DNA from: Cylindrospermopsis raciborskii Cr2010
GTDB taxonomy: Bacteria > Cyanobacteriota > Cyanobacteriia > Cyanobacteriales > Nostocaceae
DNA: 32,000 nucleotides
Direction of reading: 5' to 3'
Assembly: GCF_003367075.2 (NCBI RefSeq)
Contig: NZ_CP065936.1
Location: forward strand, 3,150,001 to 3,182,000
Both the position numbers and the translations under genes were made by a program. Below are positions 1-10,434 of this stretch, piece by piece (the stretch's first letter is position 1; each line of letters begins with the position of its first letter). The notes under the pieces were generated by a model. It was not told where the DNA came from. It searched no databases and worked only from the letters and a program-made list of their open reading frames with translations.

Positions 1-33
1 CATAATTACCTTTAAACAGTCAAACAGATAACC

Positions 34-1995
34 ATGCTAGAACAAGGTACTATCAGTATACACACTGAGAATATTTTCCCCATTATCAAGAAATCTCTCT
101 ATTCCGATCATCAGATATTCCTGCGCGAACTCATATCTAACGCAGTGGATGCGATCCAAAAAATCAAAATGGTCTCCCGTGCTGGGGAATATGGTGGAGA
201 TATAGGGGAACCGGAAATTACCATTGCCATTGACAAGGAGAAGAAAACCCTTTCTATCTCCGATAATGGTATTGGGATGACTGGGGAGGAAGTAAAAAAA
301 TATATTAACCAAGTAGCTTTTTCTAGCGCAGAAGAGTTTATTCATAAGTATGAAGGAAAAGCGGATCAACCAATTATTGGTCACTTTGGTTTAGGCTTCT
401 ATTCCTCCTTTATGGTTGCCAAAAAGGTTGAGATAGATACCCTTTCTTACAAAGAGGGTTCACAAGCAGTACATTGGAGTTGTGATGGTTCACCGGAATT
501 TACCTTAGATGAATCTTCTCGCAATATTCGTGGTACAACGATTACTTTAACGTTAATGCCCGATGAAGAAGATTATTTAGAGACGGCTAGAATTAAAAAC
601 TTGGTTAAAACCTACTGTGATTTTATGCCAGTTCCCATAAAACTGGATGGGGAGGTGTTAAATAAACAAAAAGCACCTTGGCGAGAATCTCCCAGCACTT
701 TGACCCAGGAAGATTATTTGGAGTTTTATCGCTACCTTTATCCCTTTCAGGAAGAACCTTTATTGTGGGTTCATTTGAATACAGATTATCCATTTATTAT
801 TAATGGAATTTTGTATTTCCCTAAAATGCGTCCTGATGTGGATGTAACCAAGGGACAAACTAAGTTGTTCTGTAATCAAGTTTTCGTCAGTGATAATTGT
901 GATGAAATCATCCCCCAATTTTTGATTCCTATGCGGGGTGTTATTGATAGTACAGATATTCCTTTGAACGTTTCTCGTAGTGCATTGCAAGGCGATCGCA
1001 CGGTGAGGAAAATAGGAGATTATATCGCTAAAAAGGTAGGTGATAGGCTAAAGGAACTCTATAGGAGCGATCGGGAACAATATATCAAAGCTTGGAAGGA
1101 TTTAGGGACTTTTGTTAAGTTTGGAGTTCTCAATGACGAGAAATTTAAAAAACAAGTGGAAGATATACTTGTTTTCCGAACTACTGCTAAACTCACGGAA
1201 AGTCCTGCACATGAACCAACAGTTGAGGTGCAGTCAGCGGAGAGTGATATTTGGCAAGATGTCAACAAGAGCAACACCAATACTTTGCCCTACACCACCC
1301 TGAAGGAGTATCTGGAGCGGAACAAAGAGCGTCAGGAAAATAAGGTATTTTATAGCACTGATGAAGCTAGCCAAGCTACATATATAGAACTACACAAAAA
1401 TCAAGGTTTAGAAGTTCTATTTATGGACTCATTCATTGATACTCACTTTATTAATTTTCTAGAAAGGGAATATCAGGATGTTAAATTTACCAGGGTAGAT
1501 TCTGACCTAGATAACACATTATTAGATGATAAATCGGGGGAAATTGTAGACCCGACAACACAGAAAACCAAGAGTGAAACCATCAAGGAGTTATTTGAGA
1601 AATCCCTTAACAAACCCAAGGTAAATATTCGGACTGAAGCATTGAAATCCGATGATCCTCAAGGGACACCACCAGCAGTAGTGTTATTACCAGAAATTCT
1701 TCGTCGTCTGCGGGAAATGAATGCCATGATGCAACAACAAAATGCCGATTTTCCTGAAGATCACATTTTGTTGGTGAATACGGCCCATCCTTTGATTCAA
1801 AACCTGGTTAGCTTGAATCAAGGTAGCATTATTCAAGGTAGTGGTGAATCACCAACAGGAAAATTGGTGAAAATGATTTGTCAGCACGTTTATGATTTAG
1901 CGTTGATGTCTCAAAAGGGATTTGATGCAGAGGGGATGAAGTCCTTTGTTGAACGTTCTAACGAGGTGTTAACTAAGTTAACTTCAGCAAGTTAA
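34..1995 (+). CDS. htpG: Molecular chaperone HtpG (Hsp90 family)
   Basis: 653-aa ORF with GHKL ATPase motifs (ELISNAVDA, DNGIGM, GHFGLGFYS) and full-length Hsp90 layout. Confidence 0.95.
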   Translation: MLEQGTISIHTENIFPIIKKSLYSDHQIFLRELISNAVDAIQKIKMVSRAGEYGGDIGEPEITIAIDKEKKTLSISDNGIGMTGEEVKKYINQVAFSSAEEFIHKYEGKADQPIIGHFGLGFYSSFMVAKKVEIDTLSYKEGSQAVHWSCDGSPEFTLDESSRNIRGTTITLTLMPDEEDYLETARIKNLVKTYCDFMPVPIKLDGEVLNKQKAPWRESPSTLTQEDYLEFYRYLYPFQEEPLLWVHLNTDYPFIINGILYFPKMRPDVDVTKGQTKLFCNQVFVSDNCDEIIPQFLIPMRGVIDSTDIPLNVSRSALQGDRTVRKIGDYIAKKVGDRLKELYRSDREQYIKAWKDLGTFVKFGVLNDEKFKKQVEDILVFRTTAKLTESPAHEPTVEVQSAESDIWQDVNKSNTNTLPYTTLKEYLERNKERQENKVFYSTDEASQATYIELHKNQGLEVLFMDSFIDTHFINFLEREYQDVKFTRVDSDLDNTLLDDKSGEIVDPTTQKTKSETIKELFEKSLNKPKVNIRTEALKSDDPQGTPPAVVLLPEILRRLREMNAMMQQQNADFPEDHILLVNTAHPLIQNLVSLNQGSIIQGSGESPTGKLVKMICQHVYDLALMSQKGFDAEGMKSFVERSNEVLTKLTSAS

Positions 1996-2106
1996 ATACT
2001 CGTTAATAGTCCTATTCAATCTCCCCATGGCAATAGCCAATTTTTCCAGGGGACAGGGAATTCATTCCCCGTATCTTGCAAAGCTTTTACCTCTCATCTG
2101 GCGTTC

Positions 2107-2133
2107 AGGCGATCTCGCGTAGCGAGATCGCCT
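2107..2133. repeat. Perfect 12-bp-stem palindromic hairpin (AGGCGATCTCGC-GTA-GCGAGATCGCCT)
   Basis: Read directly. Lies 110 nt downstream of the htpG stop. No strong U-tract follows (ACCCATTTCTC). Confidence 0.6.
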
Positions 2134-2185
2134 ACCCATTTCTCAATTTACATCTTATACTCTCGAACAAAATGGAGTGGCAAAA

Positions 2186-2680
2186 ATGAACAGATACACA
2201 AAATTAGAAAACCTATTAAAAGCTCAAGACTTTAAAGAAGCAGATTTAGAAACAAATAGAGTAATAGTAGAAGTAGCTAACAGAGAAAGGGAAGGTTATT
2301 TAAGAGAAGAAGATGCAGAAAAATTTCCTTGTAAAGAATTGCGCGCCATTGATAATCTGTGGCTAAAATATAGTCAGGGTAAATTTGGTATATCTGTCCA
2401 ACAAAAAATATATAAAAACCTGGGCGGCACAAAACAATTTGATGAAAAGGTATGGGAATCCTTCGCAGATAGGGTAGGATGGAGAAGATTGGGATCATGG
2501 CTCTCTTACAAAGACTTAAACTTTTCACTGTCCGCACCAATTGGTCAACTCCCAGCTGCTATCGGGTCAGTGTGCGGAGTTAAGGGTGAGTGTGTGGGTG
2601 GTCCGTGTGGTGGCGTCTTGCCATATGGTATCGCATCACTCCCAGGTATTGAGACATTAAACTCAACATCTACATTATAG
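2186..2680 (+). CDS. GUN4-domain protein (small, single-domain)
   Basis: GUN4-like core (FPCKELRAIDNLWLKYSQGKFGISVQQKIY...WESFADRVGW). ATG 2186 has GGAG 8 nt upstream, whereas the ORF-track start 2177 is GTG. The tail is Cys/Gly-rich. Confidence 0.7.
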   Translation: MNRYTKLENLLKAQDFKEADLETNRVIVEVANREREGYLREEDAEKFPCKELRAIDNLWLKYSQGKFGISVQQKIYKNLGGTKQFDEKVWESFADRVGWRRLGSWLSYKDLNFSLSAPIGQLPAAIGSVCGVKGECVGGPCGGVLPYGIASLPGIETLNSTSTL

Positions 2681-3274
2681 GTTTACCAAAAAAACTATAA
2701 TCCCTATTGATGAAAGTATAATTGCCCCTATAAGCACCGGTTTAACTAGATCTAAACCTTTTGATGACTGACCGCTTTTATGGGCTGTATTTTCTAGTCC
2801 CTGTGCTACTGTTGGATTCCCCGTGGCTACTATCACCTCGAATTTTAACTCAAAGGGTTGCCAATTCTCTCCTGTCCTTGGTTTTCCCGTGAGTTGCAGT
2901 TCATAAACTCCTGGTTTAGGAAATGTAATTTCCGCTCCTGGTATACCCTCATATCTTTCCGCATTCATAGGTTTTAAGGGTGGTTCAACCAGGGCGGGTT
3001 CCCCGGGTGTATGTGGTTGGGCATAAATAGCTAAGTGACAATTACAGTCTTTTAAAGGCACGGTTTTACCACCTTTTTGAGTTAAAGCAAACCATACTGG
3101 TGTAATTTCACCTGCACGGGCCCGATCCTTAGGTTCAATGTGAAGAGTAGCTCCTATATCATTTGATATTTTCACTGTGTGAGCATTAACTATATTGGTG
3201 AATGTTGCTGTTATTAGTATAAACAACAAGTAGAATATTACTTTATGCCTGTATTTATTTGGTTTAATTAACAT
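2675..3274 (-). CDS. Exported protein with C-terminal membrane anchor, function unknown
   Basis: 199 aa. N-terminal signal peptide with likely cleavage VNA|HTVK, a beta-rich body with a CNCH motif, and a C-terminal TM helix (VLIGAIILSSIGIIVFLV). Starts 15 bp after the upstream gene. Confidence 0.65.
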   Translation of the reverse strand: MLIKPNKYRHKVIFYLLFILITATFTNIVNAHTVKISNDIGATLHIEPKDRARAGEITPVWFALTQKGGKTVPLKDCNCHLAIYAQPHTPGEPALVEPPLKPMNAERYEGIPGAEITFPKPGVYELQLTGKPRTGENWQPFELKFEVIVATGNPTVAQGLENTAHKSGQSSKGLDLVKPVLIGAIILSSIGIIVFLVNL

Positions 3275-3289
3275 ATCAGTAAATGTCCA

Positions 3290-4516
3290 TTATTTTTTCT
3301 GCTTTAAAGGAGTATAAAATTCTTTTAACTTAAAAATTGACCAAATTAAGGGCGATCGCATCATTAAAACCGCGAGTATAATGAATATTAATAATAAGGT
3401 TGCTATCTGATTAAAGATAGTTAACTTTAAAGCTCCTAAATAGGTAGAACCAATCAAAACTGCATGAATAGCAGTCAATATCAAAGCTGGAATCGTCAAA
3501 AGATGGATTCGACGCCAGTTTGGACCTAGAGACTTTTGCATAAAGTCAAAACTTGTAAAAGCAGCAGGAGTCATAAAAATTAAAGCCAAAACACCTGCAC
3601 CCATTCCCCACTGAAATTCCACTGGTAAAAACCAAACAGCTGATAAATTCCATGCTAACAAGTGTTCTAATTTATGAATTGTATGTACTAATGATAGCAG
3701 AAATGCTCCCACACCCAATCCTCGACGATAACGTATAAGAGCTGGCAATAGAACACGTGTGGGACGGGCGATTAAAGCCAAAATTAAGCAAATTAGGGCA
3801 GCATAACCACTATAATCAACCATAGTCTCCCCTGTGCGGGATATGGTAATTATACCAATAATCATACTTACCCACCCCCCCATGCGAAATAGTTGACTAC
3901 GTTGATCTTTACTCATTAGGGAAGTGGAAATACTTACTCCTAACATAGTTGGTAGAGTACCCAAACCAAATGCCAACATAGTTATTGCCCCATGCCATCC
4001 ATTTCCTGTAGCTGCTGCTTTAATTTGAGCAGCATATAAAAAACCACAGGGCATTAGGCCCCAGGTCATACCTAAAAGTGCTGGTGTCCACCATTTTGTA
4101 TGTAATGATAAATTTACCATTACAGCACTTAACCGATTATGTAAACTATTTTGTAGCAAAGGGTGGAATATGGGAATTTTAGGTATTAAATGTGGTTTAA
4201 CCTGTGCTAATCCTAACCAGATTAACATCATTCCAGTAATTATTGCTATCCATCTGCGTAAATCACTACCAACTCCTCCTAATTGTCCACCTTGTACCAA
4301 TGCGGAACCAAGTGTGCCTATAGCAGTACCAACTAGAGCATAGCTAAATACTCTACCTAAATTTAAGAGAATATGAAATTGTAGTTGTCGTTGCCAGGAT
4401 TGAGTTTTCTCCGGGTAAGAAAAAGAAAAAGCCACTGCTAAAGGTCCACACATGCCAATGCAGTGACCAAAGCTTCCCAAAAAACCCAGCATAGTAATTA
4501 GCACTAAGTCCAACAT
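3290..4516 (-). CDS. Polytopic membrane fusion protein: DsbD_2/TauE-SafE-like N-terminal half plus MsrQ/YedZ-type ferric-reductase-like heme-b C-terminal half
   Basis: 408 aa. N-terminus LGFLGSFGHCIGMCGPLAVAF. C-terminal half RYRRGLGVGAFLLSLVHTIHKL ... TSFDFMQKSLGPNWRRIHLLTIPALILTAIHAVL matches the His-bearing helices of ferric-reductase-like domains. Confidence 0.7.
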   Translation of the reverse strand: MLDLVLITMLGFLGSFGHCIGMCGPLAVAFSFSYPEKTQSWQRQLQFHILLNLGRVFSYALVGTAIGTLGSALVQGGQLGGVGSDLRRWIAIITGMMLIWLGLAQVKPHLIPKIPIFHPLLQNSLHNRLSAVMVNLSLHTKWWTPALLGMTWGLMPCGFLYAAQIKAAATGNGWHGAITMLAFGLGTLPTMLGVSISTSLMSKDQRSQLFRMGGWVSMIIGIITISRTGETMVDYSGYAALICLILALIARPTRVLLPALIRYRRGLGVGAFLLSLVHTIHKLEHLLAWNLSAVWFLPVEFQWGMGAGVLALIFMTPAAFTSFDFMQKSLGPNWRRIHLLTIPALILTAIHAVLIGSTYLGALKLTIFNQIATLLLIFIILAVLMMRSPLIWSIFKLKEFYTPLKQKK

Positions 4517-4606
4517 AATTAAAAGAGTTGTTGGGTAATAACCGGTATGTTGGAATCAGGTTGGTGATTTTGTCAAAAGACAAGCTGTAAAACTTGGTAT
4601 GGTCGA

Positions 4607-5047
4607 CTATTCCTTAGAGATTGTTGTGGGAAAGGTCAAGCTCCAGTTTTGAGGATTGTTTAGCTCAAAAAATAGCCCTTGAAAAATCATTTTTATGCCC
4701 ATACGAGTAGGTACATAGTATCTGATTAAAATATTTCCCGGTTCGGCGAATACATCATCATAATTTTCACTGTATCCAAAAGGACGGGCGCAGTACTGAC
4801 GACCTCCGGGAATAGATAACATAAAAAACTGACTTTCTTTGTATGAAGCAGGGACTTGAAATATTCCATATATATGATGTTGACCCAACCAAGGTTGAAC
4901 ACTAACTTTAGTAGCTGTGACCTGAAAATTAGCCTTTTTTAATTTTGCCAGGGTTATGGGACTGCAATTAGAATCATTGACTGGCCACCAGATAATTACT
5001 AAGCAAGAAAGTGTAAAAATTAGACCATAGATAATCAAACGGCGCAT
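4607..5047 (-). CDS. Hypothetical membrane-anchored/exported protein
   Basis: 146-aa ORF with an N-terminal hydrophobic helix. It is the first gene of the co-directional trio 5047->2675. No family recognised. Confidence 0.5.
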   Translation of the reverse strand: MRRLIIYGLIFTLSCLVIIWWPVNDSNCSPITLAKLKKANFQVTATKVSVQPWLGQHHIYGIFQVPASYKESQFFMLSIPGGRQYCARPFGYSENYDDVFAEPGNILIRYYVPTRMGIKMIFQGLFFELNNPQNWSLTFPTTISKE

Positions 5048-5178
5048 ATTGATGCAATTGTTTTATGAACAAGTAACAAACATGAAGTTTTTGTAAACCC
5101 ATTTAATCTGGTCGTTCTCACCAAAGGAGGTTACAATCACTTTAAGTAAAGAGATTAATCTAACCATAACTAAAAACC

Positions 5179-6831
5179 ATGATAAAGAATGCCCTAACCA
5201 GAAAAAACCACAAAAAAGCTATCATATTTACAGGATTATTAAGTGCGATCGCCTGGACACAATATTTGACAATGTGTGCCATCGTCCATGCAGCAGATAG
5301 GGTAACCATACGTTATGGATTCCTGGAAGAGTCGACTTCTGTTGCAGAGCTGAAAAAGGCCACGGAAACTGGGCAATTGCCAGGTAGTCTACAGATTTAT
5401 ACTAGTGCACTAAGCCAAGAACAACGTAACTGGTTGGTGCAAGGATTAAAAACTAGAATACCCATAAATGTGGTGACTTTAGATTGGTTACTGAATACTC
5501 AATTAGGTCAAACAGTAATCAATGACATAGCAACAGTTTTTGATCGTCGTCAGGATCAATCAGGGGTGCAAGCAGTTAGATCCGGTTTAATATTGGCTGC
5601 TAGTTCACCAGAAGGTCTATCTATGCTCAGTTTTATTGCAGCATACCCCAGTCAAACCCTGAGACTGAATTTACCACAGGTTTTGACGGTAGCAAGGTTT
5701 TTAAATATAGATTTTTTGCAGACTCAGCAATTCCTACTGATGCACAGTCCCCAAAGTGATAGGCAAAAACCATCCATAAATATTCCATTTGATCCCACCC
5801 AACCGGGAACACAGAAAGTAGAAATATCTAAGTTAAACTTAAGTGATGATAAACGTAAACGTAATATTATCGTGGATATTTATTGGTCAACTCCTACCAA
5901 TGGTGAAAACAATATTGAAAAACCCTTAATTGTCTTTTCCCATAGCTCTAGTTCAGCAGGTACAGACCTGCAATATTTAGCTCAACATCTTGCTTCTTAT
6001 GGTTATGTGGTTGCAGCTTTACAAAATCCTGGTAGTAATTTTTTTACTAATAAAGGCAAAGTAGGTTTGAACCCTCAAGAATTTTTAGCTCTTCCCCAGG
6101 ATGTAAGTTTTGTTCTGGATGAATTGGCGAAGGTTAACCAAAATCCTAATAATTCCCTACAGGGAAAACTAACCACTAATAAAGTCATGTTTGTTGGTTA
6201 TTCCCTGGGTGGAACTACAGCATTAGCATTAGCTGGTGGTGAACTACAAATTGCCAGTCTAAAAAGCAGTTGTGAAAAAAATGCTGGTAAATTGAGTGAT
6301 GTTCAAAGTTTTATGTGCCTGGCCAGACAATTGCCACAAAATAACTATCAACTACAAGATCAAAGAGTCAAACAAATAATAGCTCTAAAACCAGCTTCTT
6401 CCCTCCTATTTGGTGAAACCGGTTTGACAAAGGTAAAAGTTCCTACCCTAGTATTTACCGCATCTGCTGACCATGTCACCCCAAGTTTGACTGAACAAAT
6501 TAACGGTTTTAATCGTATTGCATCTCCTAAGTGGTTAGCTGCTGCGGTGGGTGCTAGCCATTACAGTGTAGTGGATCCCCTAGTAGTCAATGCTTCTCTA
6601 AACACAAATAACACTCCCATTACCAGTCGAGAAGTAGTGGGAGAAAAATCAGCGGATGTGCGCAGTTACGTGAAGGCGATTACTTTAGCCATGGCCGCAC
6701 AACTAACACCAGATGCTAATAAGTATAATGTTTTTCTCACTCCCGAATATGCCCAATTCGCCTCTACACCTCTTTTTCCATTTCGTCTAATTGCGCCCCT
6801 TCATAGTATCAATACTACAAGCAAGAACTAG
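5179..6831 (+). CDS. Alpha/beta hydrolase with cyanobacterial DUF1400-like N-terminal domain
   Basis: 550 aa. Signal/anchor, then an N-terminal domain (VTIRYGFLEESTSVAELKKATETGQLP). The hydrolase core has the GYSLGG nucleophile elbow. Confidence 0.7.
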   Translation: MIKNALTRKNHKKAIIFTGLLSAIAWTQYLTMCAIVHAADRVTIRYGFLEESTSVAELKKATETGQLPGSLQIYTSALSQEQRNWLVQGLKTRIPINVVTLDWLLNTQLGQTVINDIATVFDRRQDQSGVQAVRSGLILAASSPEGLSMLSFIAAYPSQTLRLNLPQVLTVARFLNIDFLQTQQFLLMHSPQSDRQKPSINIPFDPTQPGTQKVEISKLNLSDDKRKRNIIVDIYWSTPTNGENNIEKPLIVFSHSSSSAGTDLQYLAQHLASYGYVVAALQNPGSNFFTNKGKVGLNPQEFLALPQDVSFVLDELAKVNQNPNNSLQGKLTTNKVMFVGYSLGGTTALALAGGELQIASLKSSCEKNAGKLSDVQSFMCLARQLPQNNYQLQDQRVKQIIALKPASSLLFGETGLTKVKVPTLVFTASADHVTPSLTEQINGFNRIASPKWLAAAVGASHYSVVDPLVVNASLNTNNTPITSREVVGEKSADVRSYVKAITLAMAAQLTPDANKYNVFLTPEYAQFASTPLFPFRLIAPLHSINTTSKN

Positions 6832-7754
6832 TTAAGGGCACCAAAAGCTATTCTTAATCCCCAAAATACAATTAAAACTGCCACAGCTAACCAATCGGGT
6901 GGTTTTAATTGTAGTTCGTGCCATTTGACCTGATGTTCATTGGGACTGGTAAAACCCCTCACTATCATCGCATTTGCTATTTGTTCTGCTCTCAATAGCA
7001 GATTTTCTAATAGTCTCTCCATGACAATTAACCAGACCCTTATACCCCCTTTTAATCCCAGTTTCTTCCAGTTGATCGCCCTGGTCATTACGGAACGGAT
7101 CAGATTTTGAATCTCTTCTAAAACTAGGGGAATAAATCGCAATGATAGGGTTAGTGTAAGGGTAATTTCAGTAACAGGAATGTGCAACTTTTTTAAAGGC
7201 TGCATTAAGCTCTCTATACCTGATGTTATCTCCTCTGGTGCGGTTGTTAATAAGTACAAATTACTGCTATATATTAATGTAAATACAATAGTACTTAAAC
7301 TAGTTGCTAAACTTAATGACCGCCGACTGATCTTAACCGGACCTTGATGAAAGATTATATACTTGTACTTTTCATTTGTAGGTAAGGGCAATTTAGTTTT
7401 ATTTTCAGAATTTGTGGATGGTGCTGGACTTAATATTTGTTCACTTGCTGGTAGGCGTGGTTGATAGTCTATGCTCATACCATCTGGACTAATAGAAATG
7501 ATGGCGAACACCATAATTGACAATACTAGCAACCACCCCATTTGTTGACGCCATACCCTAAGAGGAATTTTGGCAATCAAGGTAAAAATAATCAGCAGTA
7601 ATACCAGTAACACACGCCAGTAGTTGTTGGCAAATACATAGCTGGTCAGAAAACTTAACAACCAAATTAATTTCACCCGTGAATCTAATTTATGTAGCCA
7701 AGTTTGAGGAGCATCTAAATATAACCCCAAAGGAAGCGATCGCAATAAGTCCAT
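6828..7754 (-). CDS. cbiQ: ECF transporter transmembrane (T) component, CbiQ/EcfT family
   Basis: 308-aa multi-TM protein with the C-terminal RAEQIANAMIVRGF motif typical of EcfT/CbiQ. Sits immediately downstream of der on the same strand. Confidence 0.7.
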   Translation of the reverse strand: MDLLRSLPLGLYLDAPQTWLHKLDSRVKLIWLLSFLTSYVFANNYWRVLLVLLLIIFTLIAKIPLRVWRQQMGWLLVLSIMVFAIISISPDGMSIDYQPRLPASEQILSPAPSTNSENKTKLPLPTNEKYKYIIFHQGPVKISRRSLSLATSLSTIVFTLIYSSNLYLLTTAPEEITSGIESLMQPLKKLHIPVTEITLTLTLSLRFIPLVLEEIQNLIRSVMTRAINWKKLGLKGGIRVWLIVMERLLENLLLRAEQIANAMIVRGFTSPNEHQVKWHELQLKPPDWLAVAVLIVFWGLRIAFGALN

Positions 7755-7809
7755 GTGTCAATTCCTAAATTCCCAACTAACTTTCTCATGTTACTGATGA
7801 AAAGGTGTT

Positions 7810-9171
7810 TCAGACACGAGTTGCTCGATTAAGAGTGCCAACTTCCATTTCTCTAACTTTTTTGCTACGCCATAAGATGCGGATTGGTGTTCCCTCAAAA
7901 CCCAATTGCTTGCGAAACTGTCTTTCTATGTAACGTCTGTAATTTTCATTGAACCGTTTAGCATCATTAACAAACAATGCAAAGGTAGGTGGTTGGCTAC
8001 TGACCTGGGTACCATAATAGATTTTACCCTGTTTACCACTGCGTGAAGCTGGTGGTGAGTGCCAACTGACTGCATCTGTGAGAACTTCATTAACCACGGA
8101 TGTACTGACACGGCGTTTATGGGATTCAGCAGCTTTATTAACCAGGTCTAAAATCTTTTCTACTCTTTGTCCAGTTATAGCACTAACAAATATGGTATCT
8201 GCCCATTCAGTAAAGTGTAATCTTGCCTCTAAGCTTTTTTCATGGTCATATATAGTATAAGAGTCTTTTTCTACAGCATCCCATTTATTCACCACAATTA
8301 TACAAGCACGTCCATCTTCAACAATCCGTCCAGCTAATTTTTGATCCTGTTCTGTAACACCATCTAAAGCATCCAGCACTAATAGCACCACATCAGCACG
8401 GCGGATTGCTTTAAAAGCACGATTAATACTGAAAAATTCCGTCCCGTATTCCACATGTTTCTTTTTCCTAATTCCCGCAGTGTCAATTAACCGGTAGGCT
8501 TGTCCTTCTCGTTCAATTAACGTGTCAATAGTATCCCTGGTAGTTCCAGAAATTGGACTGACTATTGCCCTTTCCTCGCCGACAAAAGCATTTAAGAGAC
8601 TGGATTTACCCACATTAGGACGTCCAACAATAGCTACTTTAACTTCCGTATTTTCCTGTAACTCTTCAACTTGAGGAATATATTGAATTAAGTCATCAAG
8701 CAAATCACCCGTACCACTTCCATGAATAGCGGATATGGGGTAAGGTTCTCCCAGTCCCAACTCCCAAAACTCACTAGCTTGAATAATACCTTGATCTGGT
8801 GATTCGCATTTGTTCACAGCTAGGAGAGTGGGAACAGGTTGTTGACGTAACCATTCAGCAATTTCCTCATCTGCAGGAGTTAGACCAGTTTGTCCATCTA
8901 CAACAAATATGGCAGCACAAGCTTCTGAGAGTGCGGTTATTGCTTGTTGACGTATGAGAGGGAGAAATTCCGTATCATCATTAAACACTAGACCTCCAGT
9001 ATCAACCACCAAAAACTCCCGATTTTGCCAAAATGCTGGACGATAGGTACGATCTCGTGTAACACCAGGTTCATCGTGAACTATTGCTGTTTGATCCCCT
9101 GCTAAACGGTTCACAAAAGTAGATTTGCCCACATTGGGGCGGCCGATAATTGCTACAATTGGCAGTGCCAT
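7810..9171 (-). CDS. der: Ribosome-associated GTPase Der (EngA), tandem GTPase domains
   Basis: Two G domains (GRPNVGKST and [10 protein letters not shown]-loops; DTGG and DTAG; NKCE and NKWD) plus a KH-like C-terminus. Confidence 0.95.
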   Translation of the reverse strand: MALPIVAIIGRPNVGKSTFVNRLAGDQTAIVHDEPGVTRDRTYRPAFWQNREFLVVDTGGLVFNDDTEFLPLIRQQAITALSEACAAIFVVDGQTGLTPADEEIAEWLRQQPVPTLLAVNKCESPDQGIIQASEFWELGLGEPYPISAIHGSGTGDLLDDLIQYIPQVEELQENTEVKVAIVGRPNVGKSSLLNAFVGEERAIVSPISGTTRDTIDTLIEREGQAYRLIDTAGIRKKKHVEYGTEFFSINRAFKAIRRADVVLLVLDALDGVTEQDQKLAGRIVEDGRACIIVVNKWDAVEKDSYTIYDHEKSLEARLHFTEWADTIFVSAITGQRVEKILDLVNKAAESHKRRVSTSVVNEVLTDAVSWHSPPASRSGKQGKIYYGTQVSSQPPTFALFVNDAKRFNENYRRYIERQFRKQLGFEGTPIRILWRSKKVREMEVGTLNRATRV

Positions 9172-9344
9172 AAATTCAATTCCGAATGCGGATTGTGCGG
9201 ACGTGCTGGGTTATCTATATTTATTTTTCACCCACCACAATGTAGAACTCCTTATGATATCATATTTTTTAGTATTTGTCATTGCTGGCAAGTTTCCTCT
9301 TGCTTGTGATGAAAAACTACCCAAACCAAGAGCAATGTCTAAAA

Positions 9345-10427
9345 ATGTCCACAAGTCAGCAAACAGTTTCTAACCCCCTTAAAACTCCTCTGCTCCCCCC
9401 CCTGCTTGGTGCTTCAGTGGATGAATTAACCACCTGGGTACAACAGCAGGGACAACCAGGATATAGGGGTAAGCAACTACATAATTGGATTTATCACCAC
9501 GGTGTACACAAAATTAGTGATATATCTGTATTTCCTAAAACTTGGCGCGAACAGGTTGCTGATGTTTCCATAGGTCGCTCATCGATTGACCATCAGTCTT
9601 TTGCCACGGATGGTACAGAAAAATATTTGCTCCAACTGGCGGATGGTGAAATTATCGAAACCGTTGGCATCCCAAGCGATAAGAGGTTAACTGTCTGTGT
9701 TTCTACTCAGGTTGGTTGCCCAATGGCTTGTGATTTTTGTGCTACTGGTAAAGGTGGGTTCAAACGCAATCTCAATCGTGGGGAAATTGTTGACCAGGTA
9801 CTCACAGTACAAGAAAATTTCCAACAACGAGTCAGTCATGTTGTGTTTATGGGAATGGGTGAACCATTGTTAAACACTGAGAATGTGATTCTGGCTCTCA
9901 AGTGTTTAAATCAAGATTTAGGAATTGGACAACGCTCTTTGACAGTTTCTACTGTAGGTATTCGTGACCGTATTCGTCAACTGGCTGAACACCATTTACA
10001 AGTTACTCTTGCTGTTAGTCTACACGCACCTAACCAGAACTTAAGAGAACAAATAATTCCTAGTGCTAAAACTTACCCCATAGAACAATTATTAGCGGAA
10101 TGTCGAGAATATGTGGAAATTACAGGAAGAAGGGTCACTTTTGAGTACATTCTTTTAGCTGGTGTTAATGATTTACCAGAACAAGCTTTGGAGTTATCCC
10201 AACGGTTGCGGGGTTTTCAAAGTCACGTCAATTTAATCCCTTACAATCCCATTCAAGAAGCAGACTATCAAAGACCAAACCGGGATAGGATCCATGCATT
10301 TGTAAATATTTTGCAACAGCAAAAAATAGCCGTCAGCATCAGATATTCTCGCGGTTTGGAAGTAGACGCAGCTTGCGGTCAACTCAGGAAGCGGCAAAAT
10401 GTGATTAAACAGAAGTTTACATGCTAA
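9345..10427 (+). CDS. rlmN: 23S rRNA/tRNA (adenine-C2)-methyltransferase RlmN (radical SAM)
   Basis: [11 protein letters not shown] radical-SAM cluster motif and C-terminal DAACGQL. The ORF-track start 9276 is TTG and in-frame ATGs lie at 9309 and 9345. I chose 9345 by N-terminal length of typical RlmN, so the start is uncertain. Confidence 0.9.
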   Translation: MSTSQQTVSNPLKTPLLPPLLGASVDELTTWVQQQGQPGYRGKQLHNWIYHHGVHKISDISVFPKTWREQVADVSIGRSSIDHQSFATDGTEKYLLQLADGEIIETVGIPSDKRLTVCVSTQVGCPMACDFCATGKGGFKRNLNRGEIVDQVLTVQENFQQRVSHVVFMGMGEPLLNTENVILALKCLNQDLGIGQRSLTVSTVGIRDRIRQLAEHHLQVTLAVSLHAPNQNLREQIIPSAKTYPIEQLLAECREYVEITGRRVTFEYILLAGVNDLPEQALELSQRLRGFQSHVNLIPYNPIQEADYQRPNRDRIHAFVNILQQQKIAVSIRYSRGLEVDAACGQLRKRQNVIKQKFTC

Positions 10428-10434
10428 TTTTAGG

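Noticed and set aside
37-1303. ORFs at 37-384(-), 760-990(-), 1059-1280(-) and 1112-1303(+) inside htpG
   Set aside because: They are antisense or alternate-frame shadows of a confidently identified gene. Their sequences are low-complexity and unprotein-like.
2277-2540. 87-aa minus-strand ORF inside the GUN4-domain gene
   Set aside because: It is fully nested antisense to a gene with a recognisable domain, and no motif supports it.
4353-4583. 76-aa minus-strand ORF overlapping the start of the 408-aa membrane protein gene
   Set aside because: It is an alternate frame of a well-supported gene and its upstream spacer. The translation looks unprotein-like and it has no independent start context.
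7926-8260. Short ORFs (61 and 60 aa) inside der
   Set aside because: They are alternate-frame or antisense shadows of der.
9125-9373. 82-aa plus-strand ORF spanning the der start and the rlmN leader
   Set aside because: It overlaps the der N-terminus antisense and sits in a different frame from rlmN. It is most likely a chance ORF in the divergent promoter region.
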